From Caulobacteraceae bacterium (GTDB taxonomy: Bacteria > Pseudomonadota > Alphaproteobacteria > Caulobacterales > Caulobacteraceae), in the NCBI GenBank assembly GCA_035946795.1, contig DASYYX010000064.1, positions 221,462 to 285,461 on the forward strand: 64,000 bases of DNA, written 5' to 3'. Positions within the stretch are counted from its first letter, which is position 1. Every line of letters starts with the position of its first letter. The notes below the pieces were generated by a model. The model did not search any database. It was not told where the DNA came from and worked only from the letters and a program-made list of their open reading frames with translations. Made by a program: the position numbers and the translations under genes. Below, one piece after another: positions 7,814 through 15,887 of the stretch.

Positions 7814-8506
7814 TTGTTCGCGCGCCCCCTGCCCTACTCGGCGTCCCGACCGCGGCCGGCCCTTTCGGCGGCGGTCGCGCCATGGGCTAAATTTCTCGGC
7901 TTGGCGCGCCGCGCCAAGCGCCCCGCGAAGATTCAGGCGGCTGCCATCGGCGCGGCCGAACTGGAGGACGCCGCGGAGGGATTCGCTCACCTTCGGTCCG
8001 ACGGCCCCGACAAGATGCCCGGACGGGTACGCATTGCAAAGATGCAAGAGGAGCATGAGTCTCGCCGGGCGGCGGACGAGGAGTCAGCTCAGCCGGGCGA
8101 GGACTCCGATGAGCGTGGTCCTGTGACGGCAAAGGCGACGGCCGAGGAGATTGTTTCCGCGGCCGCGAAAGCGCATGGCCGACCACGGCCGAAGGTTGCC
8201 GCCCTCCGCGCCGATGTCGGCCCCTTCGAACCGCGTCGAATGACGGCGGCGGCGCTGGCGCGATTGATCGTCAAGGCCGGCGCCGGGGCTCGAGGTGAAA
8301 AGCCGCCGCCCGTCGAACCGCCTTTCCGCCTCGAGTACTTGGGTCTCCAACCCGACAGGCATGGGCCGCGAGCCGGGCCGAGCCCGACGCAACGCTCGGC
8401 CCTCGCCCAGGCCATCATTGCCGCCGGTCGCAAGGCGCGCGGCGAGAATCCCGACGGCAGCTTGCCCAAGAGCGTCGAGCGCCGCCGTTTGGGTCTGCCC
8501 GCGTAG
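7814..8506 (+). CDS. Hypothetical protein with three internal A-x-x-I-x-x-A-G-x-x-A-R-G-E-like repeats (230 aa, TTG start)
   Basis: A strong SD (AAGGAG at 7801-7806) lies 7 nt before TTG 7814. The repeats are EEIVSAAAKAHGRPRP, LARLIVKAGAGARGEKPP and LAQAIIAAGRKARGENPD. Confidence 0.55.
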   Translation: MFARPLPYSASRPRPALSAAVAPWAKFLGLARRAKRPAKIQAAAIGAAELEDAAEGFAHLRSDGPDKMPGRVRIAKMQEEHESRRAADEESAQPGEDSDERGPVTAKATAEEIVSAAAKAHGRPRPKVAALRADVGPFEPRRMTAAALARLIVKAGAGARGEKPPPVEPPFRLEYLGLQPDRHGPRAGPSPTQRSALAQAIIAAGRKARGENPDGSLPKSVERRRLGLPA

Positions 8507-8537
8507 GCGTGGCCGCCAGCGGGGCGAGGCGCTGTTG

Positions 8538-10706
8538 ATGGCCGACGACCCGTATGGCGGACTTGTCGAGGAATACGTTGTCGACAAGCCGGTCCTGCTC
8601 GTCGAAGGCGAGACCAGGGCCGCCTGCGCGGCCAGGCTCTTTCCTTCGATCCGGGTGCTCGCCTGGTCGCTGCCGCTCGACGCAGACGATTGGGCGACCC
8701 GCCTGGTCGGCGATGTCGCCCTCATTTGGCCAAGCGCCCGGCCAGGCGGCCTCGAGGCCGCCTATGAGGCGAAGGAAGCCCTGGCGGACGTCCCCGCGCG
8801 GCTGCTCGACATTCCGACCGCACTCCTTCCCCCGGGCTGGGCGCGCGGCGCGCCGATCCCGGCCGACTTCGATCCAGGACCGGCGCTCGCTCTGCTCGAG
8901 GCGGCGGCGGCTCCGGAGCTCGGCAAGGAGACCGATTGGCCGCCAGGGTTCTTCGAGGACGGGAGATCCCTTTACTGGCGCCCCGAGGAAAAGAAACCGC
9001 CGGTCAGGCTCTGCGCTAGGCCTGACGTGCTCGGCCTGGCCAGGGACCAGTTCGGCTCAAACTGGACGACTGTCCTTAGCTTCGCCGATCGCGAGGGGCG
9101 GCAGAAGACAGTGCTCGCCCCCCACGCCGACCTGGCCGCCGGCAAGGTCGACGTGTTCAGCCGGCTGGCGGGCATGGGCCTGTCCATGCGGTGCGACAAG
9201 CTCGGCCGCGAGAAGCTCGCCACCGCAATCATCGGCGTGCGCACCCCGCGTCTGATCGAGCTGGCCTATTCCTGCGGCTGGCATGGTGACGCCTATGTCC
9301 TGCCGGGCGTGACCATTGGCGCTCGGGCCGAACCTGTCATCTACGATGGCCCGCCCAGCGCCAGCTTCCACGGGCACCGCGGCTCGGCCGAGGCTTGGCG
9401 CACAGAGGTCGCGGGCCGCGCACCCGGAAACGCCGTCCTGCTTTTCTGCCTCTCTGCCGCGTTCGCGGCGAAGCTCTTGACGCCTTTGGGCGCCGAGGGC
9501 GGCGGCTTCCACCTTCGCGGCGGCTCGAGCGTCGGCAAGACGGCGTCATTGATCGTCGCCGGCAGCGTCGACGGCGGCGGCGGACCGCTCGGATTCTGCC
9601 ACACCTGGCGAGCGACCCCGAACGCCGTCGAGGCCATCGCCTGCGCCCATAATGACGGTCTCCTCTCGTTCGATGAGATCAAAACGCTCGGCGGCGACGC
9701 CGCCGGCGAGGCCGCCTATGCGCTGGCGACAGGGCAGATGAAGGGACGTCTGACCGACCGTGCCGACCTTCGGGCTCGGCGCACATGGCGGACCTATGTC
9801 CTTTCTAGCGGCGAGATCTCGCTCGCCCAACTGATCGCCTCGGGCAAGAATCGAGACCATGCCTTCGCGGGCCAGGAGCTACGCCTCGTCGATCTAGACG
9901 TCGAAATCGAGAGGGTCGGAGAGGCCTGGTCCGCGTTCCAGGCGGTCGACGTCGGGCAGACGCACGCGGAGTTCGCTCGCGAGATCACTGCGATGGCCAG
10001 GGCCCATTATGGCCATGCCGGGCCGGCGTTCGTCGAGGCCTTCCTCGGCAAGCGCGAATGGGCGCTCGGTTATGTCCAGGAGAAGCGCCGCGAGTTTCTG
10101 AAAGCGGCCCACCAGCGGGACGATACCGGCCAGATCACCCGGACCGCGGATCGTTTCGCCATCGTTGCCGCCGCCGGCGAGCTCGCCGCTGAGCTCCGGA
10201 TCGTCCCCTGGATCGAGGGCGAAGCCTTCGGCGCCGCGAGCCTGCTCTTCGAGCGCTGGGCGGCCGCCTTTGGCCGCCGACAGCCTCGCGAGCACCTGCA
10301 GGCCCTCGAGGCTGTTCAAGGCTTCCTCGCTCGCTTTGGGGAATCGAGGTTTCGGCGCTTTGAGGCCGGATCGACCCAGGATGAGGCGGCCCTGGGCGGT
10401 TCGGCGCGCAACTTCGACGAGGCCGGCTGGCGCCGCGAGCAGAAGACTAGAGACGACGACGGCGTCATAACCGTCGAGACTACCTGGTTCATCCATCCAT
10501 CCGCCTGGCGCAACGAAATCTGCAAGGGGCGCGATCCAACGAATGTGGCCCGGGCCGTGAAGCTCGCGGGGCACCTGTTGACCGATGGCGGCGACGAGCG
10601 ACGGCTGACCAAGAAGCTTTGGGTTCCCGGCGGCGGCGCGCGGTCTTTCTACGGCGTCAGGGACAGCATCATGGCCGAAGCGGAATTCGAGCCGGCCGAT
10701 GATTAG
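8538..10706 (+). CDS. Primase-helicase-like replication protein (Toprim-like N-terminus, DUF927-type P-loop domain; 722 aa)
   Basis: The N-terminus has VLLVEGETRAACAA...VALIWPSA, which is Toprim-like. The central part has a Walker A motif (GGSSVGKT) followed by LLSFDEI (Walker B-like). Size and layout resemble DUF927 / P4-alpha-type phage or plasmid primase-helicases. ATG 8538 is chosen within the 8295 ORF. Confidence 0.75.
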   Translation: MADDPYGGLVEEYVVDKPVLLVEGETRAACAARLFPSIRVLAWSLPLDADDWATRLVGDVALIWPSARPGGLEAAYEAKEALADVPARLLDIPTALLPPGWARGAPIPADFDPGPALALLEAAAAPELGKETDWPPGFFEDGRSLYWRPEEKKPPVRLCARPDVLGLARDQFGSNWTTVLSFADREGRQKTVLAPHADLAAGKVDVFSRLAGMGLSMRCDKLGREKLATAIIGVRTPRLIELAYSCGWHGDAYVLPGVTIGARAEPVIYDGPPSASFHGHRGSAEAWRTEVAGRAPGNAVLLFCLSAAFAAKLLTPLGAEGGGFHLRGGSSVGKTASLIVAGSVDGGGGPLGFCHTWRATPNAVEAIACAHNDGLLSFDEIKTLGGDAAGEAAYALATGQMKGRLTDRADLRARRTWRTYVLSSGEISLAQLIASGKNRDHAFAGQELRLVDLDVEIERVGEAWSAFQAVDVGQTHAEFAREITAMARAHYGHAGPAFVEAFLGKREWALGYVQEKRREFLKAAHQRDDTGQITRTADRFAIVAAAGELAAELRIVPWIEGEAFGAASLLFERWAAAFGRRQPREHLQALEAVQGFLARFGESRFRRFEAGSTQDEAALGGSARNFDEAGWRREQKTRDDDGVITVETTWFIHPSAWRNEICKGRDPTNVARAVKLAGHLLTDGGDERRLTKKLWVPGGGARSFYGVRDSIMAEAEFEPADD

Positions 10707-10751
10707 GGACCGTGATCCGCGGTGGCCGCGCCCCATCATTCCCGGTCAGGA

Positions 10752-10817
10752 GGGAAGCCTTCCCACCGCCTTTCTCGCGGTTACCGAGGGCATTCCCACC
10801 TTCCCACCATTCCCACC
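10752..10817 (+). repeat. Iteron-like octamers TTCCCACC x4 (10760-10767, 10793-10800, 10801-10808, 10810-10817) plus palindrome GGGAAGCCTTCCC (10752-10764); candidate replication origin
   Basis: The four perfect octamers were read directly from the sequence. Three of them are nearly tandem, and all lie in the 150-bp gap immediately 3' of the primase-helicase gene. Confidence 0.6.
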
Positions 10818-10856
10818 CCGCCGCGCCCTCTATGGAAAACGGGAGGGGTCGGGGGG

Positions 10857-11135
10857 ATGAGAAGCCGCGTCGCCGAGCAGCGGCAAGCCGCAACCGCCTG
10901 CGCCAAGCACATGCGCCAGGCAGGCGAGATTACGAGCGCTGCGGCCCACATGGCGGCGGTCAGGACGCACTTCGACTTGCTGCTATGGCTGAATCCTCGC
11001 CTCGCCTTATCGATCGCCGAGGAGATGATCGACCGCTTCTGTGAGCCCGATCCAACCCGCGTCGCCTTGGCGCGGCGGATAGCGGAACGCGGCTCTCTTG
11101 AGATGGCGCGCCAGGGTGAGACGTTCCGACTATGA
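10857..11135 (+). CDS. Hypothetical small protein (92 aa)
   Basis: ATG 10857 is preceded by a GGGAGGGG SD-like run. Its stop overlaps the next start (ATGA). Confidence 0.5.
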   Translation: MRSRVAEQRQAATACAKHMRQAGEITSAAAHMAAVRTHFDLLLWLNPRLALSIAEEMIDRFCEPDPTRVALARRIAERGSLEMARQGETFRL

Positions 11136-11578
11136 CCGGGCCGCTGCTCGTCTTGAGCCTGGACCGGACGATCGCGGCCGCGATGGCGGTCCGCGCCGAG
11201 GGCGGGCTGGCCGCCGATCACCCGAGCCTTGCCGCTGCCCGTCTTGTCCGGGTGCTTGCGCCGAGCGCGCGGTTGGAGATCTGGACGTCGCGGCGAGAGA
11301 GCCAGCGCGAGGCCATAGGAAGGGCGCTGGAGGACGTGGGCATTGCCCCAACCCTCCTAGGCCGCGCGCGGGGGGACGGCGACAGGCGTGGCCCTACGGC
11401 GCTGCGCCGGGGCTTCCTGGTTGAGAGCGACATCAGGCCCGAGGGGGTCTTTGAGGACGATGCCGCGTTAGCGTGCTTTTGGCTCGCGCAGCGGATTGCG
11501 GTTTTCCATTTTCTGCAGCCGGTCGCGGTTCCCGCACTGCGAGAGGTGCGCCCTCGCCTGGTCGCGGCGAGCGCATGA
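11132..11578 (+). CDS. Hypothetical protein, weakly HAD-phosphatase-like with degenerate motifs (148 aa)
   Basis: LLVLSLDRTIA (DxDxT-like, but the first Asp is Ser), WTSR and VFEDD are reminiscent of HAD motifs I, II and IV. The resemblance is weak. Translationally coupled on both sides. Confidence 0.45.
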   Translation: MTGPLLVLSLDRTIAAAMAVRAEGGLAADHPSLAAARLVRVLAPSARLEIWTSRRESQREAIGRALEDVGIAPTLLGRARGDGDRRGPTALRRGFLVESDIRPEGVFEDDAALACFWLAQRIAVFHFLQPVAVPALREVRPRLVAASA

Positions 11579-12225
11579 GCGGTGCCCCAGAGCTCGTCCT
11601 TCAGAGGCCCGCGCTAGAGGCGGCCGTCAGCAAGGCGGCATTCGCGAAGTTGATCGGCGTTAGCAGGACCCGGATCTCGCAATATTGCCGGGAGGGCCGC
11701 CTCGGCCCTGAGGTCTTCGAGGGCGAAGGCCGCCAGGCGCGCATCCGTGTTGCTGTAGCTCTGCAACAGCTCGCCTCGAGGCTCGATCCCGGCCAGCGTC
11801 TGGGCAACGGCCTCGGGACCCGCCTCGACGGTGCAGACGCCCGCTCGGCGCCGGCACCGCCAGACGAAGTGGGCGAGCGCCTGAAAGCGACGAAGCTCGA
11901 GCGCGATTTGCTCGCGCTTGCCCGAGCCAAGGAAGAGGCGCTGGCGCGGCGTGGGGTCCTCATGCGCGCTGCGGACGTGCGCGCCGGCTACAGCCGCGCC
12001 GTCGTGACGGTCATCTCGGCTTTCGAGGGTGGGCTGGGCGAGCTGGCGCAAAGAATCTCCGCCCAATTCAAAGCCCCGCCCCGCGACGCTCTTCACCTGG
12101 CGCGCAGCTGGTATCGGGACACCCGCACGAAGGCGGCGGCCGCTGTCCGCGGGCAGGTCGATGCCGCGCCAAAGATGGTCGAAGTCGACCTGGACGAGCT
12201 CGAGGCCGCGGATCGACGTGGCTGA
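11575..12225 (+). CDS. Nu1-like small terminase / HTH DNA-binding protein (216 aa)
   Basis: An N-terminal HTH (AAFAKLIGVSRTRISQYCREGRL) is followed by ERLKATKLERDLLALARAKEEALARRGVLMRAADVRAGYSRAVV. This parallels the Nu1-type TerS layout of an HTH followed by a helical region containing 'GELV.A.EV'. Confidence 0.55.
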   Translation: MSGAPELVLQRPALEAAVSKAAFAKLIGVSRTRISQYCREGRLGPEVFEGEGRQARIRVAVALQQLASRLDPGQRLGNGLGTRLDGADARSAPAPPDEVGERLKATKLERDLLALARAKEEALARRGVLMRAADVRAGYSRAVVTVISAFEGGLGELAQRISAQFKAPPRDALHLARSWYRDTRTKAAAAVRGQVDAAPKMVEVDLDELEAADRRG

Positions 12226-12517
12226 GCCCGAGCCCCGCCAGCCCGATGGCTACACGCCAATCGAGGACGCTCGGCGCGCATTGCGCCAAAACGCGGAAGA
12301 GGTCTTCGATCGCTTCATCGACGGCATGGCCGCTGAGCTCCGCGAATACGCCGCCCGGAACGGGCTCGATCTCGGGATCGCTTCGGCCGTCCTCACGCGC
12401 TGGGCCGCCCAGCAACGCGTCCATGCGCTCGAGGCTGCCGACCGCGTCGCCGAGGCCCTTGAGGCGAACGCCGTTCGCCTCCCCGACCTCAAGCGCGAAA
12501 CCTGGGGCGAGGCCTAA
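12218..12517 (+). CDS. Hypothetical protein (99 aa, GTG start)
   Basis: GTG 12218 overlaps the upstream stop. The composition is protein-like (DARRALRQNAEEVFDRFIDGMAAELREYAARNGLDLG...). Confidence 0.5.
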   Translation: MAEPEPRQPDGYTPIEDARRALRQNAEEVFDRFIDGMAAELREYAARNGLDLGIASAVLTRWAAQQRVHALEAADRVAEALEANAVRLPDLKRETWGEA

Positions 12518-12520
12518 GGC

Positions 12521-12733
12521 GTGCGCACCGTCGGCCGCAGGACGCTCGAAAATGTCATCCGCGCCATGGAGGCCTGCGGACAACCGTTCACCGCCGCCAA
12601 GGTGTCACCTGACGGAACGGTGACCCTCTTGACCACGGACTCGAAGGCGCCGATTCTGCAAGGAAGCAACGACGACGACGATTGGGTGAACCTTGCCGGC
12701 CAGACGGAGATACATCGTGCCCCGCGGGCTTAA
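12521..12733 (+). CDS. Hypothetical small protein (70 aa, GTG start)
   Basis: The ORF starts 4 nt after the previous stop and overlaps the integrase start by 17 nt. Confidence 0.45.
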   Translation: MRTVGRRTLENVIRAMEACGQPFTAAKVSPDGTVTLLTTDSKAPILQGSNDDDDWVNLAGQTEIHRAPRA

Positions 12734-13790
12734 GCCGGTCCGACGCCGCCTCGCAGGGGGCGAGGTCAAGCTCTACTGGTATCACCGCGCCACCGGACGG
12801 GCGCTGAAGGCCGATCCGGTAACCGCAGAGGGCTTCGCCGAGATCGCCGCGTTGGACGAACGCGCCAAGGTCGGGTCGGCCCTGGGCGCGATCCTGGAAG
12901 GCTCCTACGCCCAGCTTTGGGAGAAGTATCGCGCCGGTCCGGAATGGCGCGCGCTCAAGCCACGCACGCGATCCGACTACCAGGCCGTGCGCGATTGGCT
13001 CGGCGAGGCGGCGAAGCTGCCGATCGCAAGGTTGACGTCGGCCAAGGTTTGGGGCCTGCGCGATAAGGCGGCGGCCGCCAAGGGGCGCCGGTTCGGCAAT
13101 TATGTCGTCCAGGTCCTGCGCCTGACGCTCGAGTGGGGCCGCCGGCGCGGCCTCTGCGCAGACAACCCGGCCCGAGCCGTCAAGACAATGCGCAAGCCCG
13201 CCAACGCCCCGGACGTGAACCGCGCCTGGTCGGCTACCGAGCTCGAGGCCTTTGCTGCCGACGCGCCGGCCCAGCTGCTCGTTCCTTTCGCCCTGGGCCT
13301 GTTCGCCGGCATGCGCCAGGGTGATGCGCTCGCCGTCACTTGGTCGGCTTATGATGGCGCGGCGCTGCGCTGGCGGGCTTCGAAGAATGGCGAAGCCTGC
13401 GTCGCCCCGGTGACTGGCATTTTCAAAACCATCCTCGATGCGGCGAAGGGCGCTCGGCCGCCGGCGGTGCAGATCGCCACAACCAGTCGCGGCGACCCAT
13501 GGAGCCAATCCGGCTTCCGGGCATCGTTCTTCAAACGCCTCCGGAACCTTCGCGACGGCGGCCAGGTGGAGCGGGGGTGCACCTTCCACGGCCTGCGTCA
13601 CACGATCGCCAGCATGGCCAGGGATGGCTCGGAATCGGAATTCCGGATCGCCGCGGCAATCGGCGATCGATCTACCGCAATGGCCGCGACCTATGGCCGC
13701 GACGCCGATCGCGCCGCCGCTCAAAACTCTGTCCTCGAGGGCGTCCAGAAACGATTCGCGAACGCCGATTGGAAAACGGGGGCGGCCTGA
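12717..13790 (+). CDS. int: Tyrosine-type site-specific integrase (phage integrase family)
   Basis: The C-terminal catalytic region carries GMRQGDAL (Arg I), HGLRHTIAS (H-x-x-R) and AATYGRD (catalytic Tyr). The gene ends 48 bp from a tRNA 3' end. GTG 12717 is preferred; the ORF is open from 12693. Confidence 0.9.
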   Translation: MPRGLKPVRRRLAGGEVKLYWYHRATGRALKADPVTAEGFAEIAALDERAKVGSALGAILEGSYAQLWEKYRAGPEWRALKPRTRSDYQAVRDWLGEAAKLPIARLTSAKVWGLRDKAAAAKGRRFGNYVVQVLRLTLEWGRRRGLCADNPARAVKTMRKPANAPDVNRAWSATELEAFAADAPAQLLVPFALGLFAGMRQGDALAVTWSAYDGAALRWRASKNGEACVAPVTGIFKTILDAAKGARPPAVQIATTSRGDPWSQSGFRASFFKRLRNLRDGGQVERGCTFHGLRHTIASMARDGSESEFRIAAAIGDRSTAMAATYGRDADRAAAQNSVLEGVQKRFANADWKTGAA

Positions 13791-13800
13791 TTGGAAAACG
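13767..13800 (+). repeat. 12-bp direct repeat GATTGGAAAACG x2 (13767-13778, 13789-13800) with inverted GGGGGCGG / CCGCCCCC; possible integrase/att arm sites
   Basis: Read directly from the sequence. The repeats straddle the integrase stop codon, between int and the tRNA-Phe 3' end. Confidence 0.5.
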
Positions 13801-13838
13801 CTTCCGCCCCCGGTTCCCGCTAAGCCTTTGAAAAGCCC

Positions 13839-13914
<76 letters not shown>

Positions 13915-13973
13915 CCGGCGCGGGATGGGTCTTTAGGAGAAGCCTCGCGCCGTTGTCCAGGAGAAGGCGGGGA

Positions 13974-14168
13974 TCACGGCTCTTCCGTGGGCGGCGTTTC
14001 GTCGCCGGCTTTCGGCGCGCCTTCCTGCGCGTCCTCTGGCCCCTCGGAGAGGCGGTAGCGGCCGGCCAGCCAGCGCTGCAGGTCGACGTTGGCGCATCGG
14101 GCCGAGCAGAACGGCCGGTAGGCTCGGTCCTGGGCCTTGCCGCAGATGGGACATCGGAGCGACTTCAT
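13974..14168 (-). CDS. yacG: DNA gyrase inhibitor YacG (zinc-ribbon protein)
   Basis: CPICGK...RPFCSARCANVDLQRW is the YacG zinc-finger signature. The protein is 64 aa. Confidence 0.85.
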   Translation of the reverse strand: MKSLRCPICGKAQDRAYRPFCSARCANVDLQRWLAGRYRLSEGPEDAQEGAPKAGDETPPTEEP

Positions 14169-15205
14169 GGGCTCGCCACCTCGAAACGCTCGCGGGGCAG
14201 CGCCGGGTCAGCGACGACGCGGGCGCGCCCACCGATGCGGCGGTTCAGCTCGGCCACGGCGGGGGCGACGGCGGCCGCGACTTCGGCGCACGCGCGCGCT
14301 TCTATCGCGCCGCCCGGGTCGGCGCGCGCCTCGTCCTCCAGGCGCCGAGCGAGGTCGGCGGCGATCGCGGCGGCCAGAAGCCATCCCTCGTCGTCAACCA
14401 GTTGTTCGAGAGCCGGGTGAATACGCCTGGGGATGGTCAACTCGAGCAAGCCGAAGCGGCTCGGCCCAGTCATGGCCACGCCCGGATTGTCGGCGCCGAA
14501 GGCGGCGCGGGCGGCCGCCAGCAGGGCGGGGCCATCGTGACCGCGGCCCACGAGATCGATGGCGACGAGGCCTCCCAGGCCCTTGAGGCGCAGGACCCGT
14601 GCGGCGAGGCCGATGGCGGCGAGATTTGCGGCCCTTTGAGCGCGCTTGGGCTCGGACCCGGGGCGCTCGCCCAGGTCGACATCGATGGCGACGAGCGCCT
14701 GCGTCGGCTCGACGGTGAGGCGTCCGCCTCCGGGCAGGGCGAAGGAGCGCGCCAGGGCTTCCGCCTGCGCCACGTCCGCGATTTCACGCGCCCGCCGACC
14801 CGCGACCACCTCGCCGGCGGCGAACTTCGCCAGCCGCTCTTCCAGGCCGGGGCCGGCGGCCAGAAGGCGCAGCGGCCCGTCCGCAGGTCCGATCAGCCGA
14901 ACCCTCGGGCCTTTGCGGCCTTGCGCCTCGGAACGGACCTCGGCCTCGATCCAGGCCCCTTCGGTGAGGCCGCCGGTTTCGGGGCCCAGCGGCAGGACCG
15001 CGTCGGGTCCGGCGGCCAGTTCTACGAAAGCGAGCCCGGCGGCGCGCTCGAGCCGCCGCACCCGGCCGACTGAACGCGCGCCGAGCTGCTGCCCGGGCGC
15101 CGGTTCACCGCGCTCGATGAACAGCCTTTCGGGCCGGCCATTCAGGGTGACGACGCCGCGGCGCTCGAGCGGCCCTTCGTCCAGGAAGGCGCGGCGCTCA
15201 GCCAT
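14165..15205 (-). CDS. Ribonuclease E/G family protein (RNase G-like, 346 aa)
   Basis: TQALVAIDVD and LGGLVAIDLVG are motifs of the RNase E/G catalytic domain. The maf-rng-yacG cluster is conserved in Alphaproteobacteria. Confidence 0.8.
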   Translation of the reverse strand: MAERRAFLDEGPLERRGVVTLNGRPERLFIERGEPAPGQQLGARSVGRVRRLERAAGLAFVELAAGPDAVLPLGPETGGLTEGAWIEAEVRSEAQGRKGPRVRLIGPADGPLRLLAAGPGLEERLAKFAAGEVVAGRRAREIADVAQAEALARSFALPGGGRLTVEPTQALVAIDVDLGERPGSEPKRAQRAANLAAIGLAARVLRLKGLGGLVAIDLVGRGHDGPALLAAARAAFGADNPGVAMTGPSRFGLLELTIPRRIHPALEQLVDDEGWLLAAAIAADLARRLEDEARADPGGAIEARACAEVAAAVAPAVAELNRRIGGRARVVADPALPRERFEVASP

Positions 15206-15794
15206 TCGGTCTCCACCCCATACCCTGGAGCAGGTTCACCGTTTCATAGAGGGGCAAGCCGACGACGCCGCTGTAGGAGCCGGCGATGGCGGCCACGTGC
15301 GCGCCGGCCAGCCCCTGGATGCGATAACCGCCGGCGACGCCGCGCCATTGGCCGCAGTCGATCAGGGCCGCCAGATCGGCGGCGCAAAGCCGGCGCAGGA
15401 CGACGCGGCTGCGGCTCAGCCTCATGCCCAACCGCCCGCGCGGCTCGATCACAGCGACGCCGGTGAACACCCGATGGGCGCGCCCCGACAGCAGGGCGAG
15501 CATGGCTCGCGCGCCGCCTTCGTCGGCCGGCTTGCCGAGCACCCGCCGCCCGAGCGCCACGACGGTGTCGGCGGCGAGCACGAATGCCTGTGGCCGTGCG
15601 GCGGCGACGGCGAGCGCCTTCTGCCGGGCCAGCCGCACAGCCAGGTGCGGAGGCGTCTCCCCGCGCAGCGGGGTTTCGTCGATTTCGGCTGGCAGACTTT
15701 CGTCGGGCTTGAGGCCGACCTGCGCCAGCAAGGCGAGACGCCTTTCGCTGGCGCTGGCCAGGACCAACGGGGGGCCACGCAGGCGATCTGACAT
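15198..15794 (-). CDS. maf: Maf-like nucleoside triphosphate pyrophosphatase
   Basis: LVLASASERRLALLAQVGL at the N-terminus and GAYGIQG-like GGYRIQG are Maf family signatures. Confidence 0.85.
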   Translation of the reverse strand: MSDRLRGPPLVLASASERRLALLAQVGLKPDESLPAEIDETPLRGETPPHLAVRLARQKALAVAAARPQAFVLAADTVVALGRRVLGKPADEGGARAMLALLSGRAHRVFTGVAVIEPRGRLGMRLSRSRVVLRRLCAADLAALIDCGQWRGVAGGYRIQGLAGAHVAAIAGSYSGVVGLPLYETVNLLQGMGWRPNG

Positions 15795-15837
15795 CGGCCC
15801 TTCATAGCCGCGTCTCGCCTCCGCGGCGAAACCAGCG

Positions 15838-15862
15838 GGAACGGGAGCGGTGGCGTGGGGTT
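15838..15862 (+). promoter_or_regulatory. Candidate EcfG/SigT-type (general stress) promoter: GGAAC-N16-GGTT
   Basis: GGAAC at 15838-15842, a 16-nt spacer, then GGTT at 15859-15862. The consensus is GGAAC-N16-17-CGTT, so there is one mismatch. It lies about 26 nt upstream of ATG 15888. Confidence 0.3.
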
Positions 15863-15887
15863 CTCTTTGGGACTAGGAGGGTCCGTC

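Larger units (their letters stand above)
1684..13838. mobile_element. Integrated element at tRNA-Phe (minimum extent; left end not identified and may lie at or beyond the window start)
   Basis: The integrase abuts the tRNA-Phe 3' end. The block contains phage-type replication, packaging, tail-lysin and repressor genes. I found no copy of the tRNA 3' end (attL) by eye within 1-13.8 kb. Confidence 0.7.

Noticed and set aside
5805-7883. A 692-aa ORF on the minus strand, the longest ORF in the island region.
   Set aside because: It lies antisense to the well-supported tape-measure/lysozyme gene. The translation is G/A/R/P-rich noise with no motifs. This is a typical shadow ORF of high-GC DNA.
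8295-8537. The upstream extension of the primase-helicase ORF (803-aa version). Similar long N-terminal extensions appear at 2814, 3736, 5626, 6018, 11473, 12029, 19157, 19906, 54076, 55799 and 56179.
   Set aside because: The extensions overlap the preceding genes and translate to R/P/S-rich sequence. Internal starts that abut the upstream stop codons give the conserved N-termini.
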